Assembly: GCA_031441465.1 (NCBI GenBank)
Contig: JANOEP010000004.1
Location: forward strand, 1-12,228
Length of the DNA stretch: 12,228 bases
Direction: 5' to 3'
DNA from: a bacterium
Lineage (GTDB): Bacteria > Krumholzibacteriota > Krumholzibacteriia > LZORAL124-64-63
Below, one piece after another: positions 1 to 10,254 of the stretch (positions within the stretch are counted from its first letter, which is position 1; each line of letters starts with the position of its first letter). The translations under genes and the position numbers were made by a program. Under the pieces are notes generated by a model. That model saw nothing but the letters and a program-made list of their open reading frames with translations, was not told the DNA's origin and did no database searches.

Positions 1-399
1 AGCAAACTCGTCAGCATGGAGGTAGTACGCGCCTGCCAACAGGCCCTGAATGTCGATGGAAACACGCATTCCCTCTACGGCATCGGCAAAAATGACCGTG
101 CCTCTTACCCTGGATTTGCCGTTGGGAGCCAACACGGCCACGGAGCTATACGGGAACAAGAGTGGACTGAGATCGGCGTCTGGTTCTGGCTCCATCGGCG
201 GGCCTTGCCCATTGTTGGGCAACGACGACAGATCCGGAAGCGCGGACAGCTCAGGATAGGCGCGCAGGATCTCGGCGGCGGAGATCTCGACGGCCGCATT
301 GGGGCGTATGGGTGACGACGTGTTCTTGCAGCCGAACAACGAGGAAACCAGTGCCGCCGCCGTGACCACAATCGGCGGTCTGGTGGCCCGACGCTTCAA
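1..399 (-). CDS. Partial (runs off the window) lipoprotein with a Cu/Zn superoxide dismutase-like domain
   Basis: Not in the ORF track. Hand translation shows the frame is open from ATG 492 (or TTG 399) to base 1: LKRRATRPPIVVTAAALVSSLFGC (lipobox, Cys at 328-330), a Pro-rich linker, then SVAVLAPNGKSRVRGTVIFADAVEGMRVSIDIQGLLAGAYYLHADEFA. This matches the SodC N-terminal pattern AVAVL...V.GTV.F...V...I.GL..G.HGFHIHEFG. Confidence 0.6.
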   Translation of the reverse strand, partial: MKRRATRPPIVVTAAALVSSLFGCKNTSSPIRPNAAVEISAAEILRAYPELSALPDLSSLPNNGQGPPMEPEPDADLSPLLFPYSSVAVLAPNGKSRVRGTVIFADAVEGMRVSIDIQGLLAGAYYLHADEFA

Positions 400-514
400 G
401 GTCCAAGCCACCAGTGCCACGGCTCGTAGGGGTTGCGAAGGGGTCCTTGCAAGCGTGTCCCCTCGCACGCGCGCGCGAGTCTCTCGGCCCATCCCCCGCG
501 TTCCCAAACGCCGA

Positions 515-1474
515 GCCGCTGTCGAGCGTAACGAAGTCGGCGGCCACGATCTTGAACGCTTCCTTGCCGTCGGGCACCGCCAGCAGCGGGAACAGCTGCT
601 CGTAGCGGCGGCCGAGCAGGTCGCGGCCCTTGCAGCGGTCGAGCACCTCGGTCGCGACGTCCGCGTCCAGCACGCCGAGGCGCGCCTCGGCCAGGATCAG
701 CACGTCGTCGCCGTGGCGCACCCGCACGTAGTCGTGGTCCGCGCCGACGGCCAGCGCCACGTTCGAGGGCAGGGTCCAGGGCGTGGTCGTCCAGGTCAGG
801 AAGTGCTCGTCGGCGTCGGCGGCCTTGAGCTTCACGAAGATGCTCGGGTCCTCCACCGTGCGGTAGCCGCTGGCGGTCTCGTGGCTGGACAGGGGCGTGC
901 CGCAGCTCGGGCAGTAGGGCACGACCTTGTGCCCGCGGTAGAGCAGACCCTCGGCCGCGAAACGGGACAGGATCCACCAGACCGACTCGATGTAGCGGTC
1001 CTGGTAGGTGATGTAGGGGTCGTCGAGGTCCACCCAGTAGCCCAGCCGCTCGGTGAACTCGTCCCACTCCGCCTTGCAGGCCCACACGCTCTCGCGGCAC
1101 TTCGCGTTGAACGCCTCCAGGCCGTAGGCCTCGATGGCCTCGCGGCCCTGGATCCCCAGCTGCTTCTCCACCGAACGCTCGACCGGCAGGCCGTGGGTGT
1201 CCCAGCCCGCCTTGCGCAGCACGCGGTGTCCGGTCATGGTCTTGTAGCGGCAGGCGATGTCCTTGGTCAGGCGCGCGGCCACGTGGTGCACGCCCGGCAG
1301 GCCGTTGGCCGTGGGCGGACCCTCGTAGAACACCCAGTCGGGGCGGCCTTCCCGCTCGGCGATGCTGCGGCGGAACACGTCGTGCTCGCGCCAGAACACG
1401 CCGACCAGGCGCTCGGACTCGGCGTCGTGGATCTTGCGGGCCAGCGGCGCGTAGCGCGGCGTCGTGGTTGCCAT
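515..1474 (-). pseudogene. ileS: Isoleucyl-tRNA synthetase (type 2), 5' fragment of about 320 codons, cut off by unrelated sequence
   Basis: Motifs FYEGPPTANG, GWDTHGLPVE, CPSCGTPLSSHE and WTTTPWTLPSN. Similarity stops at ADFVTLDSG, where TGIVH.AP is expected. The remainder of ORF 251..1474 is read-through and has no KMSKS. Confidence 0.93.
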
Positions 1475-1484
1475 GACGTCCGTC

Positions 1485-2327
1485 CTAGGCGGCCCCGCCC
1501 GCGGGCGGGAGCCGTCGCAGCAGTTCGGTCACCAGGCGGCAGAGCTTCGGCTCGATCTGCGCGGCGATGCGGATGATGCCGTCGACGTCGGCGGGGTGCA
1601 GCGCGTCGGGGAAGCAGGCGTCGGTCACCGCCGACAGGCCGAGCACCCTCATGCCTCCGTGCACCGCGACCAGGCATTCCGGCACCATCGACATCCCGAC
1701 GGTGTCGGCGCCGATCGCGCGCAGGAAGCGGTACTCGGCTGCGGTCTCGAGGTTCGGGCCGGCGACCGCCACGTAGACGGCCCGGTGCAGCGGCAGGCCG
1801 AGTTCCAGGGCCGTCGACTCGGCGAGTTCCACCAGCGCGCGGTCGTAGGGCTCGCTCATGTCGGGGAAGCGGACGCCGAGACGTTCGTCGTTGGGGCCGA
1901 GCAGCGGGTTGTCGCCCATCAGGTTGATGTGGTCGGTGATGACCGTCATGTCCCCGGGGCGCAGGTGCGGGTCCATGCCGCCGACCGCGTTGGACATCAC
2001 CAGGGTCCCGGCGCCGAGCGCGCGCATCACCCGCACGGGCAGGGTGATCTGGCGCATGGTGTAGCCCTCGTAGTAGTGGACGCGGCCCTGCATGGCCACC
2101 ACGCGGCGGCCGCCGAGGGTGCCGAAGACGAAGCGGCCGTGGTGGCTCTGCACCGTCGAGCTGGCGAAGTGCGGAATTTCCGCGTAGTCGAGCGTGCAGT
2201 CGGCGTCGATCTTGTCGGCCAGGGCCCCGAGGCCGGTGCCCAGGATCAGGCCCACCTCGGGCTCCAGCGGGCAGCGACCCCGCAGGAAGGCGACGGCTTC
2301 CTGGATCTGCGTCCACGTCTCGTTCAA
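1485..2327 (-). CDS. punA: Purine nucleoside phosphorylase (trimeric PunA/XapA family)
   Basis: ILGTGLG, MQGRVHYYEGY, DHINLMGDNPL, GPNLETAAE, VGMSMVPE. Start assigned to TTG 2327, which follows GGAGG. Confidence 0.93.
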   Translation of the reverse strand: MNETWTQIQEAVAFLRGRCPLEPEVGLILGTGLGALADKIDADCTLDYAEIPHFASSTVQSHHGRFVFGTLGGRRVVAMQGRVHYYEGYTMRQITLPVRVMRALGAGTLVMSNAVGGMDPHLRPGDMTVITDHINLMGDNPLLGPNDERLGVRFPDMSEPYDRALVELAESTALELGLPLHRAVYVAVAGPNLETAAEYRFLRAIGADTVGMSMVPECLVAVHGGMRVLGLSAVTDACFPDALHPADVDGIIRIAAQIEPKLCRLVTELLRRLPPAGGAA

Positions 2328-2483
2328 GTCCGTCCTCCGGGCAATTCCGTCCTGCGGGCCGCGGGGCCGCGCCCGAGCGCCGCCCACCGTCTGGAAACGA
2401 GGAAAAGTAGCACGCGGAACGGTCTGGGGGAAGGGGAAAGGCCCGTCGCCCCGGCGGGGCGCCCGACGGCGGACCTCGGCCGG

Positions 2484-2732
2484 CTATCCGGTCAGGAACT
2501 TCTTCAGCAGGGCGCCGACCAGCCGCACCAACAGCAGGGCCAGCACGGGCGAGAGGTCCAGGCCGCGAATCGGGTTCAGCGGGCGCAGCAGGTCGAGCAG
2601 GGGGTCGGTGACCCGGCAGACCATCACCAGGATCTCGTGACGCGGGTCGGGCCTGAGCCAGCTGATGACCACGCGGGCGATGATCAGCCAGCTGTAGACC
2701 TCGCAGCAGGCGAGCAGCAATCGCAGCAGCAC
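2484..2732 (-). CDS. yggT: YggT family membrane protein
   Basis: YSWLIIARVVISW...VTDPLL...GLDLSPVLALL. GTG start after AAGGAGG. Directly downstream of yggS. Confidence 0.92.
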   Translation of the reverse strand: MLLRLLLACCEVYSWLIIARVVISWLRPDPRHEILVMVCRVTDPLLDLLRPLNPIRGLDLSPVLALLLVRLVGALLKKFLTG

Positions 2733-2760
2733 CGTTCTGCCTCCTTCCGGCGGTTCAGGT

Positions 2761-3477
2761 TCAACCGCCCGGCGTCCTCTCCCCGAACACCGCGCTGCCC
2801 AGACGCACCAGCGTCGCCCCTTCGGCCACCGCAGCCTCGAAGTCGTCGGACATCCCCATGCTCAGTTCCGGCAACGCCAGACCCGAAGCGGCGCGGGAGG
2901 CCTCGGCGAGCCGGCGCAGCAGGGCGAAGGTCGCGTGCAGTTCCGCTCCCTGCGCGTCCTGGCGGGCCATCGCCATCAGCCCCCGCAGGTCCAGGCCCGG
3001 CAGGTCGGCGGCGGCGACCACCGCCGCGACGGCCTCGTCCGGGTCCAGCCCGAACTTGCCCGGCTCGCGGGCGACGTTCACTTCCAGCAGCACCGGTTGG
3101 CGCAGGCCCAGTTCCAGGGCCGTCGCGGCGATCCGCCGGGCGAGCGGCAACGAGTCCACGGCGTGGATCAGCGCGAAACGTCCGACGGCCTTGCGGACCT
3201 TGTTGGCCTGCAGGGGGCCGATGAAGTGCCACCGCAGGTCCGCGGCGACGGCGGGGGCGAGCCGTCCCGCGAGGTCGCCCTGGCGGGGCAGGGCGTCCTG
3301 GATCCGATTTTCCCCCAAGTCCCGCTGACCGCAGGCCACGGCTGCCGCCACCAGTTCCAGCGGAACCCGCTTGCTGACCGCGACCAGCCGGACGGATGCG
3401 GCCGCCCGGCCCGACAGGGCGCAGGCGGCCGCCAAGCGGTCCCGGACGCGCAGCAGGTTGTCCGCGACGTCAGTCAT
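2761..3477 (-). CDS. yggS: PLP homeostasis protein, YggS family
   Basis: LVAVSK (PLP lysine), GENRIQ, WHFIGPLQANK, LSMGMSDDF, LVRLGSAVFG. Confidence 0.95.
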   Translation of the reverse strand: MTDVADNLLRVRDRLAAACALSGRAAASVRLVAVSKRVPLELVAAAVACGQRDLGENRIQDALPRQGDLAGRLAPAVAADLRWHFIGPLQANKVRKAVGRFALIHAVDSLPLARRIAATALELGLRQPVLLEVNVAREPGKFGLDPDEAVAAVVAAADLPGLDLRGLMAMARQDAQGAELHATFALLRRLAEASRAASGLALPELSMGMSDDFEAAVAEGATLVRLGSAVFGERTPGG

Positions 3478-3516
3478 GCCGGCCTCCCGGTCGGCCCGGG
3501 CGCCGCGCCGCGCCGG

Positions 3517-4224
3517 TCAACGCCAACGCAGCAGCAGGGTCCGGGGGTCCAGTTCCATGTTGATCTCCGGCGCCTCGGGGCGGTCGTGCGACTTCAGGAT
3601 CCGCACCCGCACGTGCTCGGCGTCGGACTCCAGCGCGACGATTAGGCTCAGGCGGTCGTCGAAACGGGCCACCTCGGTGGGGACGCCCCGCGCATCGCTG
3701 GCCTGTCCTTCGCGGTGGGTGAGCGCCGAAGTCCAGATCTCGGTGTTCCAGTCGCGGGCCAGCGCCACCACGCCGTCGATCTCCCAGTCTTCGCAGTGCT
3801 CGAAGCGCGGGGTGCCGTCCATGATCACCATGTCGGGCGCGAAGTGGGCGGCGTCGCGCAGGAATTCGGCCGTCCCGCGCAGCTTGTCCAGGGAGAAGGA
3901 GTCGCGGTTATAGACCAGGATGTGGCGGTTGCGCTCGAGGTCCAGCCGCAGCTCGAGCCGGTTCTCCAGATTCTGGTTCTCGCAGATGAGCTGGAAGATC
4001 TCGAAGTAGAAGGCGCGCAGCTTCTCGATCGACTCCTCGGTGGAGATGTGCAGCACCTTGCGGCCCTGCAGCAGCGCATCGACCGCCATGCCGACCAGCA
4101 GCGCGGTCTTGCCGACGCCGCGTCGGGACAGCACCACGCCCAGGTGGCCGCGGCCGAGGCCGCCGTCGGTGGCCTTCTCGAAGACCCGCAGCGGGCTGCG
4201 GAAGCGAATGTCCTTGGTGGGCAT
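3517..4224 (-). CDS. RecA/KaiC-like P-loop ATPase, function unknown
   Basis: GGLGRGHLGVVLSRRGVGKT (Walker A), VLHISTEE and MVIMD (Walker B). Starts 13 nt after the fusA stop, behind an AGAGG RBS. Confidence 0.8.
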   Translation of the reverse strand: MPTKDIRFRSPLRVFEKATDGGLGRGHLGVVLSRRGVGKTALLVGMAVDALLQGRKVLHISTEESIEKLRAFYFEIFQLICENQNLENRLELRLDLERNRHILVYNRDSFSLDKLRGTAEFLRDAAHFAPDMVIMDGTPRFEHCEDWEIDGVVALARDWNTEIWTSALTHREGQASDARGVPTEVARFDDRLSLIVALESDAEHVRVRILKSHDRPEAPEINMELDPRTLLLRWR

Positions 4225-4237
4225 CGTCGTTCCTCTC

Positions 4238-6328
<2,091 letters not shown>

Positions 6329-6419
6329 GGCGACCGCCGGGGCCCCGTCAAGGGGGCCGTCTCGTTGAAGTGGTGGGAGGCGCCGGTCCGCATCGCGGCA
6401 CGGGGGGCGTCCTGCCCTC

Positions 6420-6451
6420 AAGAACAACGCCCGCCCCGGCCGGGGCGGGCG
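6420..6451 (-). terminator. GC hairpin followed by a U-rich tail (terminator-like)
   Basis: Perfect 24-bp palindrome CGCCCGCCCCGGCCGGGGCGGGCG at 6428-6451, followed by TTGTTCTT on the minus strand. Confidence 0.45.
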
Positions 6452-6462
6452 ACGCCGCGCGG

Positions 6463-6490
6463 AATATAGGCGGAATCCGGACATTGGCAA
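6463..6490 (-). promoter_or_regulatory. Putative sigma70 promoter upstream of fusA
   Basis: TTGCCA-N16-TATATT in the AT-richer part of the intergenic region. Confidence 0.55.
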
Positions 6491-6575
6491 GCGGATTTGC
6501 GAATTATTCACCAACGGCGGCGGTCCGTCGGGCGCCTCACCCGGCGCCGGGCCGCGCCCGGAACGAACTGGCGGT

Positions 6576-7772
6576 TCAGATCGCGCCGTGCCGCCGACCG
6601 ACCTTGCGGAAGGCCTCGAGACAACGCTCGACGTGGTCGGGCGCGTGGGCGGCCGACGCCTGCAACCGGATCCGCGCCTGACCCTTCGGCACCACGGGGA
6701 AGCTGAAGCCGATGCAGTAGATGCCCTCGTCCAGCAGGTCGCGCGCGACGCCCTGGGCCATCAGCGCGTCGTTCTCGTGACGGCGGAAATGGACCGGGAC
6801 GATGGGGTGCTCACCCGGATCGACGTCGAATCCCAGCTCGCGCAGACCGGCGCGCAGGCGGCGCTGGTTCGCGTCCAGGGTCCGCAGGGGGGCGGGATCC
6901 TCGCGCAGGATGCGCAGCACTTCGAGCGTGGCCCCACAGACGACCGGCGGCAGCGAATTGCTGAACAGGTAGGGGCGCGACTTCTGCCGCAGCCAGGCGA
7001 CGATCTCCGCGGGGCCGGCGGTGCAGCCGCCCAGCCCGCCGCCCAGGGCCTTGCCCAGGGTGGTGGTGATCAGGTCGACGCGCCCCATGACGCCGAGCTT
7101 CTCGTGGGTGCCGCGTCCCGTCGGGCCGGTGAAACCGGTCGCGTGGCTCTCGTCGACCAGGACCAGCGCGTCGTGCTTCTCGGCCAGGTCGCAGATTTCC
7201 GGTAGGCGGGCGTAGTCGCCGTCCATCGAGAAGACGCCGTCGGTGACGATCATGCGCAGCCGCGCGTCGGCCGCCTCCTCGAGACGGCGGGCGAGGTCGT
7301 CCATGTCGGCGTGGCGGTAGATCGAGCGGCGGGCCTTGCACAGGCGCACGCCGTCGATGATCGAGGCGTGGTTGAGCTGGTCGGTGATCAGGGCGGCGTC
7401 GGCGTCCAGCAGCGGTTCGAAGACGCCGCCGTTGGCGTCGAAGCAGGCGGCGTAGAGCAGGCAGTCCTCCAGGCCGAGGAAGGCGGCCAGTTCCCGCTCC
7501 AGCTCGTGGTGCAGTTCGGTCGTGCCGCAGATGAAGCGCACCGAACTCAAGCCGTAGGCCCAGCGGTCCAGCGCGCGGCGCGAGGCCTCGACCACGCGGG
7601 GGTCCGAGGCCAAACCGAGGTAGTTGTTGGCGCAGAAGTTGAGCACGCGGCGGCCGCCGACCAGGATCTCGGCGCCCTGCGGTCCCTGCAGAACGCGCTC
7701 CTCCTTGAAGAGGCCCTGCTCCCGCAGCGCGTCCAACTCGCCGCGCAGGCGGCCGACCAGCGATCCGTGCAT
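6576..7772 (-). CDS. kbl: Glycine C-acetyltransferase (2-amino-3-ketobutyrate CoA ligase)
   Basis: [71 protein letters not shown]. Confidence 0.95.
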   Translation of the reverse strand: MHGSLVGRLRGELDALREQGLFKEERVLQGPQGAEILVGGRRVLNFCANNYLGLASDPRVVEASRRALDRWAYGLSSVRFICGTTELHHELERELAAFLGLEDCLLYAACFDANGGVFEPLLDADAALITDQLNHASIIDGVRLCKARRSIYRHADMDDLARRLEEAADARLRMIVTDGVFSMDGDYARLPEICDLAEKHDALVLVDESHATGFTGPTGRGTHEKLGVMGRVDLITTTLGKALGGGLGGCTAGPAEIVAWLRQKSRPYLFSNSLPPVVCGATLEVLRILREDPAPLRTLDANQRRLRAGLRELGFDVDPGEHPIVPVHFRRHENDALMAQGVARDLLDEGIYCIGFSFPVVPKGQARIRLQASAAHAPDHVERCLEAFRKVGRRHGAI

Positions 7773-7785
7773 CTCGGGCCTCTCC

Positions 7786-8805
7786 CTAGCGGTAGCGCGC
7801 CTTCATCTGCTCGAGGGTCGTCGCGGGCACCTTGTCGCCCCAGCCGGCCTGCCCGAAGGCGATCATGCGGTCCTTGACCACCGCGGCCATCGCGTCGCGC
7901 GACGGCTTGAGGTAGTCGCGGGGGTCGAACTTCTCCGGGTGCTCGAAGAACACCTTGCGGATGGCGCCGGTGATGGCCAGGCGGTTGTCCGTGTCGACGT
8001 TGATCTTGCGCACGCCGTGGCGGATGCCGCGCTGGATGGCTTCCAGGGGGACGCCGTAGGATTCGGGCATGCGGCCGCCGTAGCGGTTGATGATCTCGAT
8101 CAGCTCCTGGGGCACCGAACTGCTGCCGTGCATCACCAGGTGGGTGTTCGGCAAGCGGCGGTGGATGTCCTCGATTAGGTCCATCTTCAGCACGTCGCCG
8201 GTGGGCTTCTGCTTGAACTTGTAGGCGCCGTGGCTGGTGCCGATGGCCACGGCCAGCGCGTCGCAGCCGGTCTCGGCGGCGAAGCGCTCGGCCTCCACCG
8301 GATCCGTCAGGTGGGCCAGGGCGGCGTCGCCGGTCAGCCCGGCGCCGTGCCCGTCCTCGATGCCGCCGAGGCAGCCGATCTCGGCCTCGACCGTGACGCC
8401 CAGGGCGTGGGCCTTGGCCACGACCTCGCGCGTGACCTTCACGTTGTGCTCGTAGCTGGCCGGCGTCTTGCCGTCCTCCATCAGCGAGCCGTCCATCATC
8501 ACCGAGGTGAAGCCCTGTTCGATGGCGGAGAAACAGGTGGCCGGGCTGTTGCCGTGGTCCTGGTGCATGGCGATGGGGAGGTGCGGGTGCAGCTCGGCCG
8601 CGGCCAGCATCAGGTGGCGCAGGTAATTGTCCTGCGAATAGGAACGCGCGCCGCGCGAAGCCTGCACGATGACCGGGGAGTTGGTCTCCGCGGCCGCCTG
8701 CATGATCGACTGGATCTGCTCCATGTTGTTCACGTTGAAGGCGCCGACGCCGTAGCCGTGCTCGGCGGCGTGGTCCAGCAGCACTCTCATCGGTACCAGG
8801 GGCAT
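7786..8805 (-). CDS. fba: Fructose-1,6-bisphosphate aldolase class II (CbbA/Calvin-cycle-like subtype)
   Basis: [64 protein letters not shown] 8805 follows AAGGAG. Confidence 0.95.
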   Translation of the reverse strand: MPLVPMRVLLDHAAEHGYGVGAFNVNNMEQIQSIMQAAAETNSPVIVQASRGARSYSQDNYLRHLMLAAAELHPHLPIAMHQDHGNSPATCFSAIEQGFTSVMMDGSLMEDGKTPASYEHNVKVTREVVAKAHALGVTVEAEIGCLGGIEDGHGAGLTGDAALAHLTDPVEAERFAAETGCDALAVAIGTSHGAYKFKQKPTGDVLKMDLIEDIHRRLPNTHLVMHGSSSVPQELIEIINRYGGRMPESYGVPLEAIQRGIRHGVRKINVDTDNRLAITGAIRKVFFEHPEKFDPRDYLKPSRDAMAAVVKDRMIAFGQAGWGDKVPATTLEQMKARYR

Positions 8806-8869
8806 GACGGTCTCCTTACTCGGGGTCGCGGGGCGGAGCGCGGGGACGACATCCTCGCATCCGGGCGGG

Positions 8870-8898
8870 AATGTAACGCGGGCGCGGCTGTGGTGCAA
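8870..8898 (-). promoter_or_regulatory. Putative sigma70 promoter for fba-kbl
   Basis: TTGCAC-N17-TACATT, immediately downstream of the ssrA terminator. Confidence 0.6.
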
Positions 8899-8905
8899 TC
8901 CTGTG

Positions 8906-8941
8906 AAAAACGAACCCCGCAGCCCGGAAGCTGCGGGGTCG
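8906..8941 (-). terminator. Intrinsic terminator of ssrA
   Basis: 10-bp stem ACCCCGCAGC/GCTGCGGGGT (8914-8923 with 8930-8939), followed by TCGTTTTT on the minus strand. Confidence 0.85.
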
Positions 8942-8951
8942 CGAGCGGAGG

Positions 8952-9309
8952 TGGTGGAGGCGGCGGGAATCGAACCCGCGTCCGAAGCCGGTCCCCCGCC
9001 GGCGTCTACATGCTTAGCCGCTGATCGATCTCGTTCCGCGCCTGGCTCAGCGACAGGCCGAGCGTGGAACCAGTCTCCGTAAAGATCTCGTCCGTCCCCA
9101 GGAGACCCGGTTCAGGACCAGACGCCAGATGACGGCGCTCCGCCGGAGGGACTGGCGTCCCTCTCTCCGGGGAACGCGCTGCGTGTTATTTACGCAGCGA
9201 GAGCGAAGTGCTCTGTGTCATTTGTTTTGTTCCCAGCGTTTTACGAGATGACTGGAATCTCGGCATGCAGCCAACGGTCCCCCGACCCCGTCGAAGCCAT
9301 GTCGCCCCC
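8952..9309 (-). ncRNA. ssrA: tmRNA, 358 nt
   Basis: 5' end GGGGGCGACATGGCTTCGACGGGG and 3' end GGACGCGGGTTCGATTCCCGCCGCCTCCACCA. Acceptor stem has the G3-U alanine determinant. Internal tag frame ends FALAA-stop. Confidence 0.97.
9190..9219 (-). other. tmRNA tag reading frame, (A)DTEHFALAA*
   Basis: AAAACAAAT followed by GAC ACA GAG CAC TTC GCT CTC GCT GCG TAA. The resume codon is inferred from the upstream A-rich context. Confidence 0.75.
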
Positions 9310-9330
9310 ACGAGATCGCCGAACCACGAC

Positions 9331-9359
9331 AACGTACCACAACCGGCTTGGTCTGTCAA
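9331..9359 (-). promoter_or_regulatory. Sigma70 promoter of ssrA
   Basis: TTGACA-N17-TACGTT with an extended -10 TG. The -10 ends about 21 nt before the mature tmRNA 5' end. Confidence 0.85.
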
Positions 9360-9404
9360 AGGGAGCGGTTCCGGCTGCGGGATCGTCGTGCGCATGCCGT
9401 GATG

Positions 9405-9553
9405 CGACTCGGATCCGCACATCCTGCCGGGACAGGGGGCGCTCGTCGGGCACATCCTGTGCCCGACTCGTTTGGCCTTCCGGCCCTTCCGCCATCCTGG
9501 CTCCAGGGCCTCCAGGACACCCCTGTCCCGGCAGGATGTGCGGATCCGAGTCG
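9405..9553. repeat. Palindromic element, copy 1 (REPIN/MITE-like)
   Basis: Perfect 34-bp inverted arms at 9405-9438 and 9520-9553 around an 81-nt core. The core contains hairpin GTCGGGCACA-TCC-TGTGCCCGAC (9445-9467) and a second GGCCCT...GCCATCCTGGC...AGGGCC hairpin. Imperfect symmetry continues out to 9353 and 9611. Confidence 0.9.
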
Positions 9554-9621
9554 AACAGCGGCATGGGCATGGCGGGGACGGGCTCGCAGCCGGAACTGGT
9601 GCAGCTGACAGCGAGGGGGGC

Positions 9622-10254
9622 TCAGCGGCCGTAGAGCGCCTTGACCTCGCCCCAGGTCGCGCTCTCGTTAGCCACGACGCCTGTCCAGTCGATCAACTCG
9701 CCGCCCTCGTCGATCACCGGACCCAGTTGCCGGTGCAGCTTGTAGGTCCACTGGCGCAGGAACCAGGGGCCGTCGATCACGATCATCTGCACCACCACGG
9801 TGTCGAAGGTACCAGCGGGCGTGGTCACCGTTTCGGTACCCGACACCGAACTCAAGATGGTGGCACCGAAGGTGCCATAGCCGTCGTCGACCGTCGTCTG
9901 GCTCTGCCATTGCTTGCCGACGGTGAGCGGCAGGTCCAGGAACAGCACCGGCGGCGTGAACGCGAAGTAGTCGGGATCGACCCAGAACTTGCACACCCAG
10001 CCGGACCCTCCCCACAGGACGTCCCCGTCGTCGTTGAGCCGATAGACGCCGGATCCGGAGCATTGGGCGCTCGTGTAGCGCCTGGAAATCCAAGCCGGGT
10101 TGGAGTTCTGCAGGATCTCGACGTTCAGGGGCCCTTCGGACCACTGGTAGGTGAAGGTCGCCCCCGGCGTCAGCGGCCAGTAGTCCGCCGCGGCGACGGC
10201 GCCCGCCAGCGCGACCAGGAACACGGCCGCGACCGACACCCGACTCGTACGCAT
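9622..10254 (-). CDS. Secreted hypothetical protein (DUF3108/TapB-like beta-rich domain) with a C-terminal TWGEVKALY motif
   Basis: GGAGG RBS and signal peptide MRTSRVSVAAVFLVALAGAVAAA. Motifs DYWPLTPGATFTY, ETVTTPAGTFDT and LGPV. The tail is VANESATWGEVKALYGR. The family call is from recall only. Confidence 0.8.
   Translation of the reverse strand: MRTSRVSVAAVFLVALAGAVAAADYWPLTPGATFTYQWSEGPLNVEILQNSNPAWISRRYTSAQCSGSGVYRLNDDGDVLWGGSGWVCKFWVDPDYFAFTPPVLFLDLPLTVGKQWQSQTTVDDGYGTFGATILSSVSGTETVTTPAGTFDTVVVQMIVIDGPWFLRQWTYKLHRQLGPVIDEGGELIDWTGVVANESATWGEVKALYGR

Noticed and set aside
251..514. C-terminal 87 aa of the 407-aa ileS ORF as a novel domain
   Set aside because: It is read-through past the junction and overlaps the more plausible SodC-like frame.
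6329..6514. N-terminal extensions on EF-G (and on Fba 8806-8898 and PunA 2328-2387) in the ORF track
   Set aside because: They come from upstream in-frame starts that overlap promoter or leader DNA. Homology and, for Fba and PunA, RBS position support the shorter starts.
7786..8805. Calvin cycle inferred from the CbbA-like aldolase
   Set aside because: This subtype is common in heterotrophs, and no RuBisCO or phosphoribulokinase gene is in the window.
8900..8960. Integrated island at the ssrA 3' end
   Set aside because: There is no integrase and no duplicated 3' end. The terminator and fba follow directly.
8952..8985. tRNA gene
   Set aside because: This is the tRNA-like 3' end of tmRNA. 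The matching 5' end lies about 350 nt away, with a tag frame in between.
9405..9553. Inverted repeats as amplification fold-back artefacts
   Set aside because: Two independently diverged copies share the same geometry and compensatory changes, which an artefact would not produce.
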